DNA from: an uncultured Desulfobacterales bacterium
GTDB lineage: Bacteria; Desulfobacterota; Desulfobacteria; Desulfobacterales; B30-G6
Reading direction: 5' to 3'
DNA: 64,000 nucleotides
Assembly (NCBI GenBank): GCA_964633115.1
Contig: CAZWEO010000004.1
Span: 276-64,275, forward strand
The notes under the pieces were generated by a model. The model was not told where the DNA came from. It did no database searches and worked only from the letters and a program-made list of their open reading frames with translations. Within the stretch, counting starts at the first letter, position 1, and each line of letters begins with the position of its first letter. This document shows positions 19,089 through 29,320 of this stretch, one piece after another. A program made the position numbers and the translations under genes.

Positions 19089-19114
19089 AATTGCGGAGCA
19101 ATTTTATTTGTTTT
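19078..19114. terminator. Bidirectional intrinsic terminator shared by the convergent M48 and EF-G genes
   Basis: AAAACAAATAAAATTGC gga GCAATTTTATTTGTTTT: a 17-bp perfect stem with A/T runs on both sides. Both stop codons lie inside the stem. Confidence 0.75.
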
Positions 19115-21146
19115 CGCTGCGATCAAAATGCGAAAATTGCATGCTAAATGTCCCCCGCCCCTGCGTAGCCGATCTCAAGGAGGTTGAATAACCAAACATT
19201 TGGGCCAAGGGTACCACGGCTTTGATCACTTGCAACCCGGTTTTAGCTGCAATTGATTCAATCTTACCGCCGCGAGAATTTAAATCACCAATCACATCGC
19301 CCATAAAGGCCTCGGGCACAAATGCCTCCACCCTCATGATTGGATCCAGTAAAAAGGGATTCCCGTTTGATAACGCCGATTTGCAAGCCATTGACGCACT
19401 CACTTTAAACGCCAGTTCCGAGCCAACCGATTCTTTGAACGAGCCACCGATGAGTACAACCGCCACATCAACCACAGGATAACCCATCTGGACACCACTT
19501 TCCAGCGACTCCATTACCCCCGCCTCCACTGCCGGAATTAAGGACTCGGGTATCTCTTGGTGCTGGAGTTTTGTAACAAACTTATTTCCAGTACCACGGG
19601 GTAAGGGATTGATTTGCAATTCAACTTCGCCGAAATGTCGCTGCCCAGCCACCTCCTTATCAAAAACAGCGCTGCCTTCGGCTGAATCCTCGATGGTCTC
19701 CCGATAAACAACTTGCGGTTTTCCAACGCGTACACTGGTCTTGAATTCACGCAGCATGCGGCTGATGATTATTTCCAGATGCAGTTCGCCCATACCAGAT
19801 AGTATGGTCTGACCAGTATCTGGATCCTCCTTGACAGTCAGGGTGGGATCCTCAGCCACAAACTTATTAAGGACCTCCTCCAATTTCTCTTGATCTGCAT
19901 GTGTCTTGGGTTCAACCGCTACGGAAATAACCGGTTCGTAAAACTCGATCCGTTCCAAAACAACCGGCTGCTTTGAATCACACAAGGTTTCACCGGTGGA
20001 ACTATTCTTCAACCCAACGACGCCGACAATGCTCCCGGCGCCGGCCACATCCACCCGCTCACGTTTATTGGCATGCATTTGTAAAATTCTACTGAGCTTT
20101 TCAGATATTTTGCGATTGGAATTATACACCGCCTCCCCAACAGACAGTTTGCCGCTGTATACCCGAACAAACGATAGTTTACGCCGCTCCATCATGGCGA
20201 CCTTGAAAATTAAGGCCACCAGCGGTTCGGAATCCTTCGCGCCATATTCGTGGACGTCGCCGGTTTCAGGATCGGTTCCCTGGACAGGCGGGATATCTAC
20301 CGGACTGGGCAAATAGTCGACAATGGCATCGATTAGTGGTTGAATCCCCTTGTTTTTGAGGGCGGCACCACAGAGGACCGGTACAATCTTCAAATCAATG
20401 GTGGCACTGCGAATGGCTTGTTTAATGGCGGCATCATCGATGGTTGTTTCGGAGAGGTAAGCCTCCATGATATCATCGTCGACTTCAGCAAGTGTTTCAA
20501 TCAGCTTTTCACGATATTCTTGGGCCGTGGCTGTCAATTCAGGCGATATGCTTTCAAATTCGAAACTAGAGCCGAGAGAATCATCATCCCAAATAATCTG
20601 TTTCATCTGAATCAGGTCGATTATTCCTGAAAACGTATCCTCCGATCCGATGGGAATTTGCATTATCAAGGGATTTGCACCGAGACGTTCGTGCATCATG
20701 TCGATGGCATTAAAAAAATCTGCCCCAACCCGGTCGAGTTTATTGATAAAGGCGATTTTGGGTACAAAATATTTATCGGCTTGGCGCCAGACAGTCTCAG
20801 ATTGCGGTTCGACACCCCCGACCGCACAAAAAACACCAACAGCACCATCCAATACCCGTAGGGAACGTTCTACTTCAATGGTAAAATCCACATGACCCGG
20901 TGTATCGATGAGGCCTATTTCAACACCTTGCCAATGGCAAGTTGTTACCGCGGAGGTGATGGTAATGCCACGCTCCTGCTCGTCCGCCATCCAGTCCATG
21001 GTGGCCTCACCATCGTGAACCTCCCCCATTTTATGTGATCGGCCGCTGTAATACAAAATCCGCTCGGTTACAGTAGTTTTACCGGCATCGATATGGGCAA
21101 TTATGCCAATATTCCTGATCTTATCTATTTTATTCTTTTTCGTCAT
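19104..21146 (-). CDS. Elongation factor G paralog
   Basis: [17 protein letters not shown] and NKLD G-motifs over the full EF-G length (680 aa). It is not in an rpsG-fusA-tuf context, so it is likely a second EF-G copy. Confidence 0.9.
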   Translation of the reverse strand: MTKKNKIDKIRNIGIIAHIDAGKTTVTERILYYSGRSHKMGEVHDGEATMDWMADEQERGITITSAVTTCHWQGVEIGLIDTPGHVDFTIEVERSLRVLDGAVGVFCAVGGVEPQSETVWRQADKYFVPKIAFINKLDRVGADFFNAIDMMHERLGANPLIMQIPIGSEDTFSGIIDLIQMKQIIWDDDSLGSSFEFESISPELTATAQEYREKLIETLAEVDDDIMEAYLSETTIDDAAIKQAIRSATIDLKIVPVLCGAALKNKGIQPLIDAIVDYLPSPVDIPPVQGTDPETGDVHEYGAKDSEPLVALIFKVAMMERRKLSFVRVYSGKLSVGEAVYNSNRKISEKLSRILQMHANKRERVDVAGAGSIVGVVGLKNSSTGETLCDSKQPVVLERIEFYEPVISVAVEPKTHADQEKLEEVLNKFVAEDPTLTVKEDPDTGQTILSGMGELHLEIIISRMLREFKTSVRVGKPQVVYRETIEDSAEGSAVFDKEVAGQRHFGEVELQINPLPRGTGNKFVTKLQHQEIPESLIPAVEAGVMESLESGVQMGYPVVDVAVVLIGGSFKESVGSELAFKVSASMACKSALSNGNPFLLDPIMRVEAFVPEAFMGDVIGDLNSRGGKIESIAAKTGLQVIKAVVPLAQMFGYSTSLRSATQGRGTFSMQFSHFDRSENK

Positions 21147-21712
21147 CTCACGTATAGCAGATTGGGCCGCAATGGAAATCGCAGGTCCATGTGCCCTCGT
21201 AGGGTCGTTGCTTCCTGCCCTTCAATCAGGATTTTTACGGTTTCGATTTCAACCAAATTCATCGCCAATGTGTTCACGATGGAATAGATTGTCAGTAGCT
21301 CCGAACGAGCACCACCTGGATGGCGATCGCGAATCGGGCTAGATAAATCAACGTATGCGGTACGATTTTTTAATATATAAAACCCCCGCAAGCGGGTTTC
21401 CATGGGAATCGTTCTTTCAAGCCGCTGTTTGGGTCCTTCCAGCAAGGCTTGCATGATCCGGACGCCAGCTTCCTCAGATCGAATCCCAGCGGGCAACGAT
21501 CTTTGCTCAGCCATTAAAACAGTATGCTTATTATCTGAAAAATAAAGATACACCACCCGATCTTCATCCGAACGTTCGGCAATGGCAACAGTTTCGGTGG
21601 CTGTTTGGTTTTGGCTGGTCGGTTCCCCGCAGGCCGTCAAAAGAAGCAGCCCCACGATACCGAACAATCCAGCCCCCATCGAACCAACCGATTTGATTAC
21701 GTTCCTGGCCAT
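21143..21712 (-). CDS. GerMN-domain lipoprotein
   Basis: Lipobox LLLTACG, then a GerMN-like pattern (VYLYF...IMQALLEGP...YVDLS). Its stop overlaps the EF-G start (ATGA). Confidence 0.6.
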   Translation of the reverse strand: MARNVIKSVGSMGAGLFGIVGLLLLTACGEPTSQNQTATETVAIAERSDEDRVVYLYFSDNKHTVLMAEQRSLPAGIRSEEAGVRIMQALLEGPKQRLERTIPMETRLRGFYILKNRTAYVDLSSPIRDRHPGGARSELLTIYSIVNTLAMNLVEIETVKILIEGQEATTLRGHMDLRFPLRPNLLYVR

Positions 21713-21880
21713 GAGGTTCGCCTAAGTAAAGAAATTCTTATTCTCGCATGCGTCGGCCGCTATCAGATTCCTTGCAAGTTTGAGCTTAGCAAGCACCTCG
21801 CCAAATCGCTCAAAGGAAAACTGCGCAATAAAGACTTGAATTTTTATGCTAATCTCTTGGTGATGTCAACAGGTATGGCT

Positions 21881-21907
21881 GTCTTAAATCGTAGAACGAT
21901 TTAAGAC
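21881..21907. repeat. Perfect 12-bp-arm palindrome with the AATCGT-N3-ACGATT core
   Basis: GTCTTAAATCGT AGA ACGATTTAAGAC, in the divergent spacer upstream of cytochrome c3. Confidence 0.8.
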
Positions 21908-21910
21908 TTC

Positions 21911-21960
21911 ATTTTATTTCATTCTATGCGTTTAGCAAGGAATGAAATAAAATTTTTGTA
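21911..21960 (+). terminator. Terminator-like hairpin (14-bp AT-rich stem plus T tract) with no upstream CDS
   Basis: ATTTTATTTCATTC (21911-24) / GAATGAAATAAAAT (21940-53), followed by TTTTGTATT. Only a T tract on the + strand follows the stem. Confidence 0.35.
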
Positions 21961-22025
21961 TTGAAAGTTCCTGTAAGACGTATTATAGCAGACGAGATTT
22001 TTTCGGATATCCAAGGGGGATGTGA

Positions 22026-22499
22026 ATGTCAAAATATTATCGATTAATGGTGGGAGTCGCCCTAATTGCTTTATTGGGTTTCGGTCTGGTCATTGCGGAT
22101 GAATCCGGGGATGATTTGTGTATTCCTTTGGGTACAATTCTTCTGGAACCACCAGAAGAAGTTGAATCGAAAAGGTCCGCCGTTGAGTTTCCGCATGCGA
22201 TCCATTTTGATTATACCTGTAAAACATGTCATCACACCTGGGATGGGGAGTCACCGGTGCAATCTTGCATGGCCTCAGGTTGCCACGATCTCGCCCAAAA
22301 CCTGCCCAAAGAGGATCGCTCCGCCAACCCAGAATTGGCACTCCGCTATTATAAAGAAGCCTACCATTCCGCTTGCATCGGCTGCCACAAAGAAATCAAA
22401 AAGCAAAACCTGGCGCTTGAAAAATCTTATCGCTCTGCCACAGAATCAATCCAGAGCAGCGGTCCCAGTGGCTGCACCGAATGCCACCCCAAAGACTAA
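22026..22499 (+). CDS. Tetraheme cytochrome c3 family protein
   Basis: Signal peptide and four heme sites: CKTCH, CMASGCH (CX4CH), CIGCH and CTECH. RBS GGGGGA lies upstream. Confidence 0.85.
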   Translation: MSKYYRLMVGVALIALLGFGLVIADESGDDLCIPLGTILLEPPEEVESKRSAVEFPHAIHFDYTCKTCHHTWDGESPVQSCMASGCHDLAQNLPKEDRSANPELALRYYKEAYHSACIGCHKEIKKQNLALEKSYRSATESIQSSGPSGCTECHPKD

Positions 22500-22551
22500 A
22501 ATCATTACCGAGATTTTAGTCGACCCGACTTCGTCACGCAACTAAATTGAA

Positions 22552-22580
22552 GGCCCCCTGGATCTTGGATCCAGGAGGCC
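22552..22580. terminator. Hairpin between the convergent cytochrome c3 and TRAP genes
   Basis: GGCCCCCTGGATC tt(g) GATCCAGGAGGCC: a 13-bp stem with one mismatch, followed by TTATTAATTT. Confidence 0.6.
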
Positions 22581-22614
22581 TTATTAATTTCAGGTCTGAT
22601 ACAATTATTTTGAT

Positions 22615-23715
22615 TTAGCCCTTCAGGGAAAACTCCGGCGCAATTCCATTATAGTATGCCTTCTCGGAAATACTGCCCCAGGTACCCACAGCTTTCTGAA
22701 ACTTTTTGAAGGATGCATTGACTTTGGTGGCCATGGGGCTCTTAGCGGCCTCTTCCTCGATAACTTGCTCAGCCAATGGCATCATGTCCCTGAGCATCTT
22801 CTGCGGGAATGGCAGCACAGGCACCTTATGCTTGTTTATCAAGGTTTGCAGGGCCGCCCCGTTGCGGGCGTCAAATTGGGCCAATACCCAATGTTCGTTT
22901 TCAACACAGGCGGCATCCACGATGTGCTTTAAATCTTGAGGCAGCGCATCGTATGCCTTTTTGTTGAAAAAATACTCCAGGTAAGTCCCGGGTTCATGCC
23001 AGCCTGGATAATAATAATATTTAGCCGCCTTGAAAAATCCGAATCGCAGACCATGCAAAGGACCGACCCACTCAGTGGCGTCGATAACGCCGCGCTCCAG
23101 GGAGGTAAAAATCTCGCCGCCTGGAAGCAGTACCACGGTGCCTCCCGCCTTGGCGACGACCTTGCCGCCTAAACCTGGGATCCGCATTTTAAGACCCTTG
23201 AAATCATCCAGGGAATTAATTTTCTTGTTAAACCAACCGCCCATCTGGACACCCGTGGAGCCGCCGGGCCTGGGCACCAGGTTAAAAGGCGCATAGACCT
23301 CTTCCCATAGTTTCAACCCGTCGCCACCGTGAAACCAGGCCGACATGCCCTGGGCATTCATGCCAAAAGGTACGGCTGCAAACCACTGGGTTGCCGGCTC
23401 TTTACCCGCCCAGTAGTAGGACGCACCGCTTCCCACCTCAACGGTATGGTCTGATACCGCCTGAAAACTCTCCATGGCTGGTACCAATTCGCCAGCTGCA
23501 AACACCTCAATTGTCAGCCGCCCATCAGAGATTTCGCCAATTCTTCCTGCCAAGCGTACACATCCCTCTTGGAGTACGTCCAGTCCGGCAGGCCAAGTGG
23601 TAACCATTTTCCATCGATAGGACTGCTGGGCTATCACCGCCGGAGCACTCACTGCTGTCGCGGCCACGGCAGCGGCGCCAATACCGGCCTTTTTGAGAAA
23701 ATCTCGTCTCTTCAA
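22615..23715 (-). CDS. dctP: TRAP transporter solute-binding protein (DctP family) with a Tat signal
   Basis: MKRRDFLKKAG twin-arginine signal, plus conserved GLKMRIPGLGG and IDATEWVGP. Confidence 0.85.
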   Translation of the reverse strand: MKRRDFLKKAGIGAAAVAATAVSAPAVIAQQSYRWKMVTTWPAGLDVLQEGCVRLAGRIGEISDGRLTIEVFAAGELVPAMESFQAVSDHTVEVGSGASYYWAGKEPATQWFAAVPFGMNAQGMSAWFHGGDGLKLWEEVYAPFNLVPRPGGSTGVQMGGWFNKKINSLDDFKGLKMRIPGLGGKVVAKAGGTVVLLPGGEIFTSLERGVIDATEWVGPLHGLRFGFFKAAKYYYYPGWHEPGTYLEYFFNKKAYDALPQDLKHIVDAACVENEHWVLAQFDARNGAALQTLINKHKVPVLPFPQKMLRDMMPLAEQVIEEEAAKSPMATKVNASFKKFQKAVGTWGSISEKAYYNGIAPEFSLKG

Positions 23716-23801
23716 TGACTATCTCTTTTCATTTGAGAAAGGGCTCTTAACAAAATTAAAAGAGCAGTAGATAGACTATTATTGTGCGACATAGATAGTG
23801 A

Positions 23802-26462
23802 TTAGAATTGCAATGAATAATCGCGGTGTACCGACCGGCAACTGGCGACCGCTTTTATCTGCTCATCCGTCATCCATCGCTGTAATCGAAGACCGATGGA
23901 ATCCTTGATAGCATTGTCATAGGTAGCTAGAGCAGGGGTAATTTCAAGTGCCGCTCGACGCCGCCATTCGACTTCAGCAGTGTACAACGTCAAACCTTCT
24001 TTAAGAAACTGAATTGCCTTTTCCGGGTCTGGTTTTTTCCCTTTGATAGCCCTGCGCGCTTTTGAAAGCTTTGATCGAACCGCGTTTGCACCGGCAATTT
24101 TACCAAGGGTTTTTTCCGATTGTTTGATCTGATCCACAGCAAGTTTCGGCGGCTCATTCATTATGGTTGTTTCGAGCGCAGTCATTTGTTGTTCGAGACC
24201 GGCCATTTCATCTGCACCTTCTATAACCTTTCGTAATTCCGAAATGGTTTCATAGGCATGGTCGATGTTGTTGCGGTACATACGGCGTGCTTTCTTTTCG
24301 GTCTTGTCCAGTTCCACAAAACGTTTGCGTGCTTCAGTCCAGCCCTCAGGAATTTGGTTTTGAAGTTCTGTTATTGCAGCCTCCGCTTTCTCGATTTGTG
24401 TTTCAATTCGATTTAGATCATCCTTGTCCGGAGACTCACTCTGAGAAGCCCTCGCCAAATCCTGTTTCAATTTTTCGATTTTCAATCTGATATTGCTCAT
24501 TTCCGACTGCAGACTGCGAACATGCTCATGCTGTGGACGATATTCAGGTGAATAGGCGGCAAGATCTGCTTCTGCCAGGCGAACCGCTGCCACAAGATCG
24601 AACGTATCTAAGGTCCGATCCAGGCTTTTATTTAAGGCTTCCTGTCTTTTTTTCGGCAAAAAACTGATATCAGTAGCACGTAAGGTGCTGACATGGCTGC
24701 GCAGTTGATCGGCGTTGTTGTCATAATAATCAAAAAGCATTTCTTCAATGCAAGGCTGCAGGCGTGGATTTATGGGCGGTGGCGCTGTTTCGGTGGACAG
24801 CGAGATACGTGTGGGCAGATAGTTCACCATGGCGGGCGTAAGCGCAACAAGCGTCAATGCCACCAACTGCAATACAATAAAGGGAACAGCACCACGATAG
24901 ATTTGCAGGGTTTTAACAATAGCGGGTGCAACACCACGCAGGTAAAACAAGGAAAAACCAAAAGGCGGCGTCAGAAATGACGTCTGAAGATTGAGGCCAA
25001 CCATCACCCCAAACCACACGGCCGTTACATTGGCACCGGGATCGGAAAGCAGAATGGGGGCCACGATAGGGACGACAACGACCGCTATTTCAATGAAATC
25101 AAGGAAAAAACCGAGAACAAACATAACCGCCATGACCACGAAAAATTGAACCCAGAATCCGCCTTGCAGGTTGGTTAAAAAATGCTTGACCAGTTCTTCC
25201 CCACCAAACCCGCGAAAGGCAGAGGTCAGCATGGCCGCACCAATCAGTATGATAAACACCATGCAGGTTGTTTTGGCCGTTTCAATCATAACCCCGTTGA
25301 GGGTATCTTCAATTTTATAGATTCGCCAGGTACTCCAGGTTATGGCGACCAACAGTCCGGTGGTGGCCACCGCAGCCAGGAATATACCGATGGCTTCCCC
25401 CTCCTTGATACTTTTGACGTTCAGGTCATAGAAGGCGAGAATGATCCCAATGGCTATGGTTGAGACGACGGCCAGAATCGCAGGGTAATAGGAGTTGCGT
25501 TGCCCTTCGGTGAGGCGGTAGCCCCCCATGATCATGGCGCCGATGGCACCGACCGCACCGGCCTGATTGACCGTGGCGATGCCCAGTATGATGGAGCCCA
25601 GCACCAGAAAAATAAGAGTCAACGGTGGTGTCAGAGCCATGGCAACCCGGATGATGAATTTTCCATCGTATTTGCCATCATAGGGTACCGGCGGCGCGGA
25701 CCCTTTCCGAAAGATGGCCACGATCAAGATATAGAGGGTATATAAACCCACAAGTACCAATCCAGGTACCAGGGCGCCCATAAACATTTCACCGGCACTG
25801 GTGGAGGTGACATCCAGTATCGAAGGCATGCTGAATTCCCCGGTTGCCGCTTTATAAGCTGCTTTGCGGAGCGTGCTGGCCTGATCGGAAGCACCGGATA
25901 ACTGGTCGGCCAGGATGATGAGCACAATCGAAGGGGGGATGATCTGTCCCAGGGTGCCCGAGGCGCAGATGGTGCCCGTTGCCAAGGGTTTGGAGTAATT
26001 GTTGCGTAGCATGGCCGGAAGGGAAATCAAGCCCATGGCAACCACCGTGGCCCCAACGATACCGGTGGTAGCCGCAAGCAGGGCACCGACCAGGACGACG
26101 GAGATGCCCAAACCTCCGGGAACCGGCCCGAACAGCTGGGCCATGGCAACCAGAAGGTCCTCCGCAATCTTGGAACGCTGAAGCATGATGCCCATAAAAA
26201 TAAACAAAGGGACCGCGATCAGGGTATCCCGTTCCACATCCCAGTAGAGGCTTCGAAAATTGGTCACGCCGGCACTGAGCCACTGTACGGGGCCTCCTTC
26301 TACGAAAAAGGCGCTGGAATCGCCTGCAAACAGAAAACCAAACAGAGCCGCCAACCCAATGGATAAAATGGCTGCCCCCGGTAATGAAAAGGCGACCGGG
26401 AAACCGGAAGAAAGCGCAACCACCATCGCCAAAAGAAGAATAACCAGAAAAACGATTTCCAT
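23802..26462 (-). CDS. dctM: TRAP large permease DctM with a ~340-aa hydrophilic coiled-coil-like C-terminal extension
   Basis: The first ~545 aa are polytopic DctM-like. From NYLPTRISLS... to the end (encoded at about 23805-24824) the sequence is 340 aa, E/K/R/A/Q-rich, with no hydrophobic helices. Confidence 0.85.
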   Translation of the reverse strand: MEIVFLVILLLAMVVALSSGFPVAFSLPGAAILSIGLAALFGFLFAGDSSAFFVEGGPVQWLSAGVTNFRSLYWDVERDTLIAVPLFIFMGIMLQRSKIAEDLLVAMAQLFGPVPGGLGISVVLVGALLAATTGIVGATVVAMGLISLPAMLRNNYSKPLATGTICASGTLGQIIPPSIVLIILADQLSGASDQASTLRKAAYKAATGEFSMPSILDVTSTSAGEMFMGALVPGLVLVGLYTLYILIVAIFRKGSAPPVPYDGKYDGKFIIRVAMALTPPLTLIFLVLGSIILGIATVNQAGAVGAIGAMIMGGYRLTEGQRNSYYPAILAVVSTIAIGIILAFYDLNVKSIKEGEAIGIFLAAVATTGLLVAITWSTWRIYKIEDTLNGVMIETAKTTCMVFIILIGAAMLTSAFRGFGGEELVKHFLTNLQGGFWVQFFVVMAVMFVLGFFLDFIEIAVVVVPIVAPILLSDPGANVTAVWFGVMVGLNLQTSFLTPPFGFSLFYLRGVAPAIVKTLQIYRGAVPFIVLQLVALTLVALTPAMVNYLPTRISLSTETAPPPINPRLQPCIEEMLFDYYDNNADQLRSHVSTLRATDISFLPKKRQEALNKSLDRTLDTFDLVAAVRLAEADLAAYSPEYRPQHEHVRSLQSEMSNIRLKIEKLKQDLARASQSESPDKDDLNRIETQIEKAEAAITELQNQIPEGWTEARKRFVELDKTEKKARRMYRNNIDHAYETISELRKVIEGADEMAGLEQQMTALETTIMNEPPKLAVDQIKQSEKTLGKIAGANAVRSKLSKARRAIKGKKPDPEKAIQFLKEGLTLYTAEVEWRRRAALEITPALATYDNAIKDSIGLRLQRWMTDEQIKAVASCRSVHRDYSLQF

Positions 26463-26489
26463 GTAGTGGCCCTTTATATCTTGTTCGTT

Positions 26490-27683
26490 TTACGACTCAC
26501 CGGCTAACTGATCACCACCTGGTTCCTGACGAAGGTCAGCAACATTGTCGAGCAGATAACTGGAAAATTGTACAATCATGGACACGGCGTAGACGGCCAG
26601 AAATCCTACCATCAGCCACTTCACATATAATCCGTAACCGGATTGTGAAACCTCGAAACTGTATACCGGACTGTTGATACTGCTGGTTTTATACCACATG
26701 CCGGTCCCGAGGATAACCCACCCCAATGGCAGGCCCAACAGCAATGTGCCCACGGTATTGGACCATGCCTTGCGGCGTTTGCTGAAACGTGAATAAAAAA
26801 CATCGACACGAACATGCCCTTCATTAACAAGGGTATAGGCACTGGCAAAAAGAAACAGGGCTGCATACCAGAAACGTACCAGATCGCCCATGAAAGGCTG
26901 TTCATAGGAAAAAACAAACCGGGAAATAACGATCTGGAACTCCGCCAATACCACCAGAAAGGTCAACCAGGTAAATCCGAGAGATCTGTTAAAAAAAGCG
27001 ATGACAAACGACAGCAGGATCAATGGATAGTGTACATAAATACCGCGAAATTGGGCGCGTCCCAGGGCCTGGGACAATTCATCACCAACTAAAGGCGCCA
27101 GGAGATTCTCCACCCTTAAAAAAGAGATGAGGATATCGACGAAGCCAATAATCAGTACGGTCCAGAAGGCCGCTCGGATGATATAGGCGGCAAACCCGGA
27201 CAGCAAAGCGGCATCCGCACGCAAGGACTGGTTGCGGGTCCGCATGACATACAGGACAACAAGAGCAACTGCTCCCAGGTAACTTAGAAGCTGCAGCCAC
27301 CCTTTTACAATCTGTCCATTATCGAGAGCGGTGCTTAGGGCTTCCAGGCCAAACCAGCCATGGTGTGAAAATAGTGATGGTAACCCAGGCCATTCCCGCC
27401 AGAAATTCAGGTAGTTGTTAAGCAAGAACAGCAGCATGACCGCCACGATCGATACTGCTAACATGCGTACCAGCAACACAAGAAATTCTTGACCTGAGAC
27501 ACTTTTCTCAACAACGGTGTCTAAGACATCTTCCTCAATAACGGTATCTTCAACGTCATTTGTTACAGTAGGTTCTGAAGAGCTCATGAGTTTTGTATTG
27601 TTTAATACCGCAGAATTCTTTGGGTTGTGATAGTAAGGCCGTGCCACATTCAACGACCAAATGGATTTACAAAACCTCCCCAT
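26490..27683 (-). CDS. dctQ: TRAP small permease (DctQ-like), unusually large
   Basis: It sits between dctP and dctM and has multiple TM helices. At 397 aa it is about twice the usual DctQ size. The start is uncertain (alternative MSSSEPTV...). Confidence 0.55.
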   Translation of the reverse strand: MGRFCKSIWSLNVARPYYHNPKNSAVLNNTKLMSSSEPTVTNDVEDTVIEEDVLDTVVEKSVSGQEFLVLLVRMLAVSIVAVMLLFLLNNYLNFWREWPGLPSLFSHHGWFGLEALSTALDNGQIVKGWLQLLSYLGAVALVVLYVMRTRNQSLRADAALLSGFAAYIIRAAFWTVLIIGFVDILISFLRVENLLAPLVGDELSQALGRAQFRGIYVHYPLILLSFVIAFFNRSLGFTWLTFLVVLAEFQIVISRFVFSYEQPFMGDLVRFWYAALFLFASAYTLVNEGHVRVDVFYSRFSKRRKAWSNTVGTLLLGLPLGWVILGTGMWYKTSSINSPVYSFEVSQSGYGLYVKWLMVGFLAVYAVSMIVQFSSYLLDNVADLRQEPGGDQLAGES

Positions 27684-27748
27684 AAAAAGGCGAAATATGG
27701 CATCCTGAAGGGTGCCATATTTCTATGGAAAATAGTTTACAATATCCT

Positions 27749-28843
27749 TTAGAGACCCAGTACACGGTTACGCTGGTTGAGGTAGGCCTGGTCTGAGATC
27801 TTCATCCAGCTGCCGACCTCTGCGCGCGCTTTGACAAAGCTTTCGTGGATTCTCTTTGCCAGAGTGCTGTGTTTGACTGTCTCTGCATAGACTTCCGCAG
27901 CGGCTTCACCAAAGGCATCGTAGACATCGTCGTTGAACTCACGCAGTTTAACACCCTGTTCGGTGACCAGTTTGGCAAGGGCTTCCCCGTTTTTGGCATT
28001 AAATTCAGCCATCATCATGTCATTTTCCATGGATGCGGCCGCTTCAATGGTCAGCTGGTCGGATTTTGCAAGACCATCCCACCATTTTTTATTCATGCCG
28101 ATGGACAGCATCGAGCCCGGCTCATGCATACCCGGGTAGTAGTAGTACTTGGCGGCTTCATATAATTTCATGAAGCCGTCGTTCCAGGGACCGACCCACT
28201 CGGTGGCATCAATCGATCCGGCTATCAGGTTTTCATAAATCTGGCCACCTGGGATGGACACGGTCGAAGCACCGAGTTTGGTCATGACATCCCCGCCCAG
28301 GCCTGGAATACGCATTTTGAGCCCCTTCAGATCGTCGGGAGAGTTGATTTCCTTGCGGAACCATCCGCCCATCTGTGAACCGGTATTGCCGCACATCAGT
28401 CCTTTGATCCCAAACCCGGCTGCCAGTTCATCCCACAATTCCTGACCGCCACCGTAACGTATCCAGGCGTTCATTTCGGTGTAGGTCAAACCAAATGGGA
28501 CACCGGTGATGTAAGCCCAGCCCGGATGCTTGCCTTTCCAGTAGTAATCGGCAGCATGATATATCTGGGCATTGCCGGAGGCAACTTCATCGAAGGAATC
28601 GAAGGCCTTGACGCGTTCATTGGCGGCAAAATAGTTTACTTTCATGCGTCCATTGGTCATATCCTGCAATCGCGCTGCAAATCGCTGGGCTCCAGTACCC
28701 AGACCTGGAAAATCCCGACCCCACGTCGCAACCATGGTAATCTCTATCATCTTTTGTGCATGTACGGCAGGAGCGCCTGCAATCACTGCTCCTGCGGCAA
28801 TAGCCCCAACACCGGCCTTCTTTATAAAGTCTCGTCTTTTCAT
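27749..28843 (-). CDS. dctP: Second TRAP solute-binding protein (DctP family) with a Tat signal
   Basis: MKRRDFIKKAG signal. It shares the GLKMRIPGLGG and IDATEWVGP blocks with the 22615..23715 protein (paralog, roughly 40-50% identity by eye). Confidence 0.85.
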   Translation of the reverse strand: MKRRDFIKKAGVGAIAAGAVIAGAPAVHAQKMIEITMVATWGRDFPGLGTGAQRFAARLQDMTNGRMKVNYFAANERVKAFDSFDEVASGNAQIYHAADYYWKGKHPGWAYITGVPFGLTYTEMNAWIRYGGGQELWDELAAGFGIKGLMCGNTGSQMGGWFRKEINSPDDLKGLKMRIPGLGGDVMTKLGASTVSIPGGQIYENLIAGSIDATEWVGPWNDGFMKLYEAAKYYYYPGMHEPGSMLSIGMNKKWWDGLAKSDQLTIEAAASMENDMMMAEFNAKNGEALAKLVTEQGVKLREFNDDVYDAFGEAAAEVYAETVKHSTLAKRIHESFVKARAEVGSWMKISDQAYLNQRNRVLGL

Positions 28844-29320
28844 TGCTTACCTCCTAAGGTTGAATTGATAGGTGAATAAACTGCCTCCAACACTGAAATT
28901 TACTGGGAGAAGTTTCGACCTGCTGCGTTGACAGCAGATCAAAGAGCCTCTTTGTGAATTCTAAAAGTTTCGCGTTACACCCAAAATAAGGGCTGCTCTT
29001 TAAACCGTATCTGTCATAGCCGCGTGATAATATCCTCCTAAAAATGAAGAGGATGCTATGAACTCAAGAATACGGAGAGAACAATTTCTAATTGAAGCAG
29101 CATGTCGCAAATTTATTAAGAGCATCATCTGACATATCAGTCGTACTTGCCCTGAGGATACAATGTAGGACACTATAGGACCAGGGAAAACTTGAGTCAA
29201 GCATTAACAGTGGAATTGGGTAATACTCGATATGTGAAAAACACTCTCAGTAAATCGACAAAATGCCCGGTATCAGCATTGAAAGCATCAATAATTCCAC
29301 TTGAAAATAGAATGCAACGG

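Noticed and set aside
21605-21904. 99-aa + strand ORF upstream of cytochrome c3
   Set aside because: Its first third overlaps the GerMN gene antisense. The remainder runs through palindromic intergenic DNA, so it is unlikely to be coding.
22066-22545. 159-aa alternative-frame ORF overlapping cytochrome c3
   Set aside because: The 22026..22499 frame contains four heme-binding CXXCH/CX4CH sites and a signal peptide. The alternative frame has none.
25852-26283. 143-aa and other internal ORFs within dctM/dctQ/dctP
   Set aside because: These are alternative-frame or antisense ORFs in GC-rich membrane-protein genes, Arg/Gly/Pro/His-rich with no motifs.
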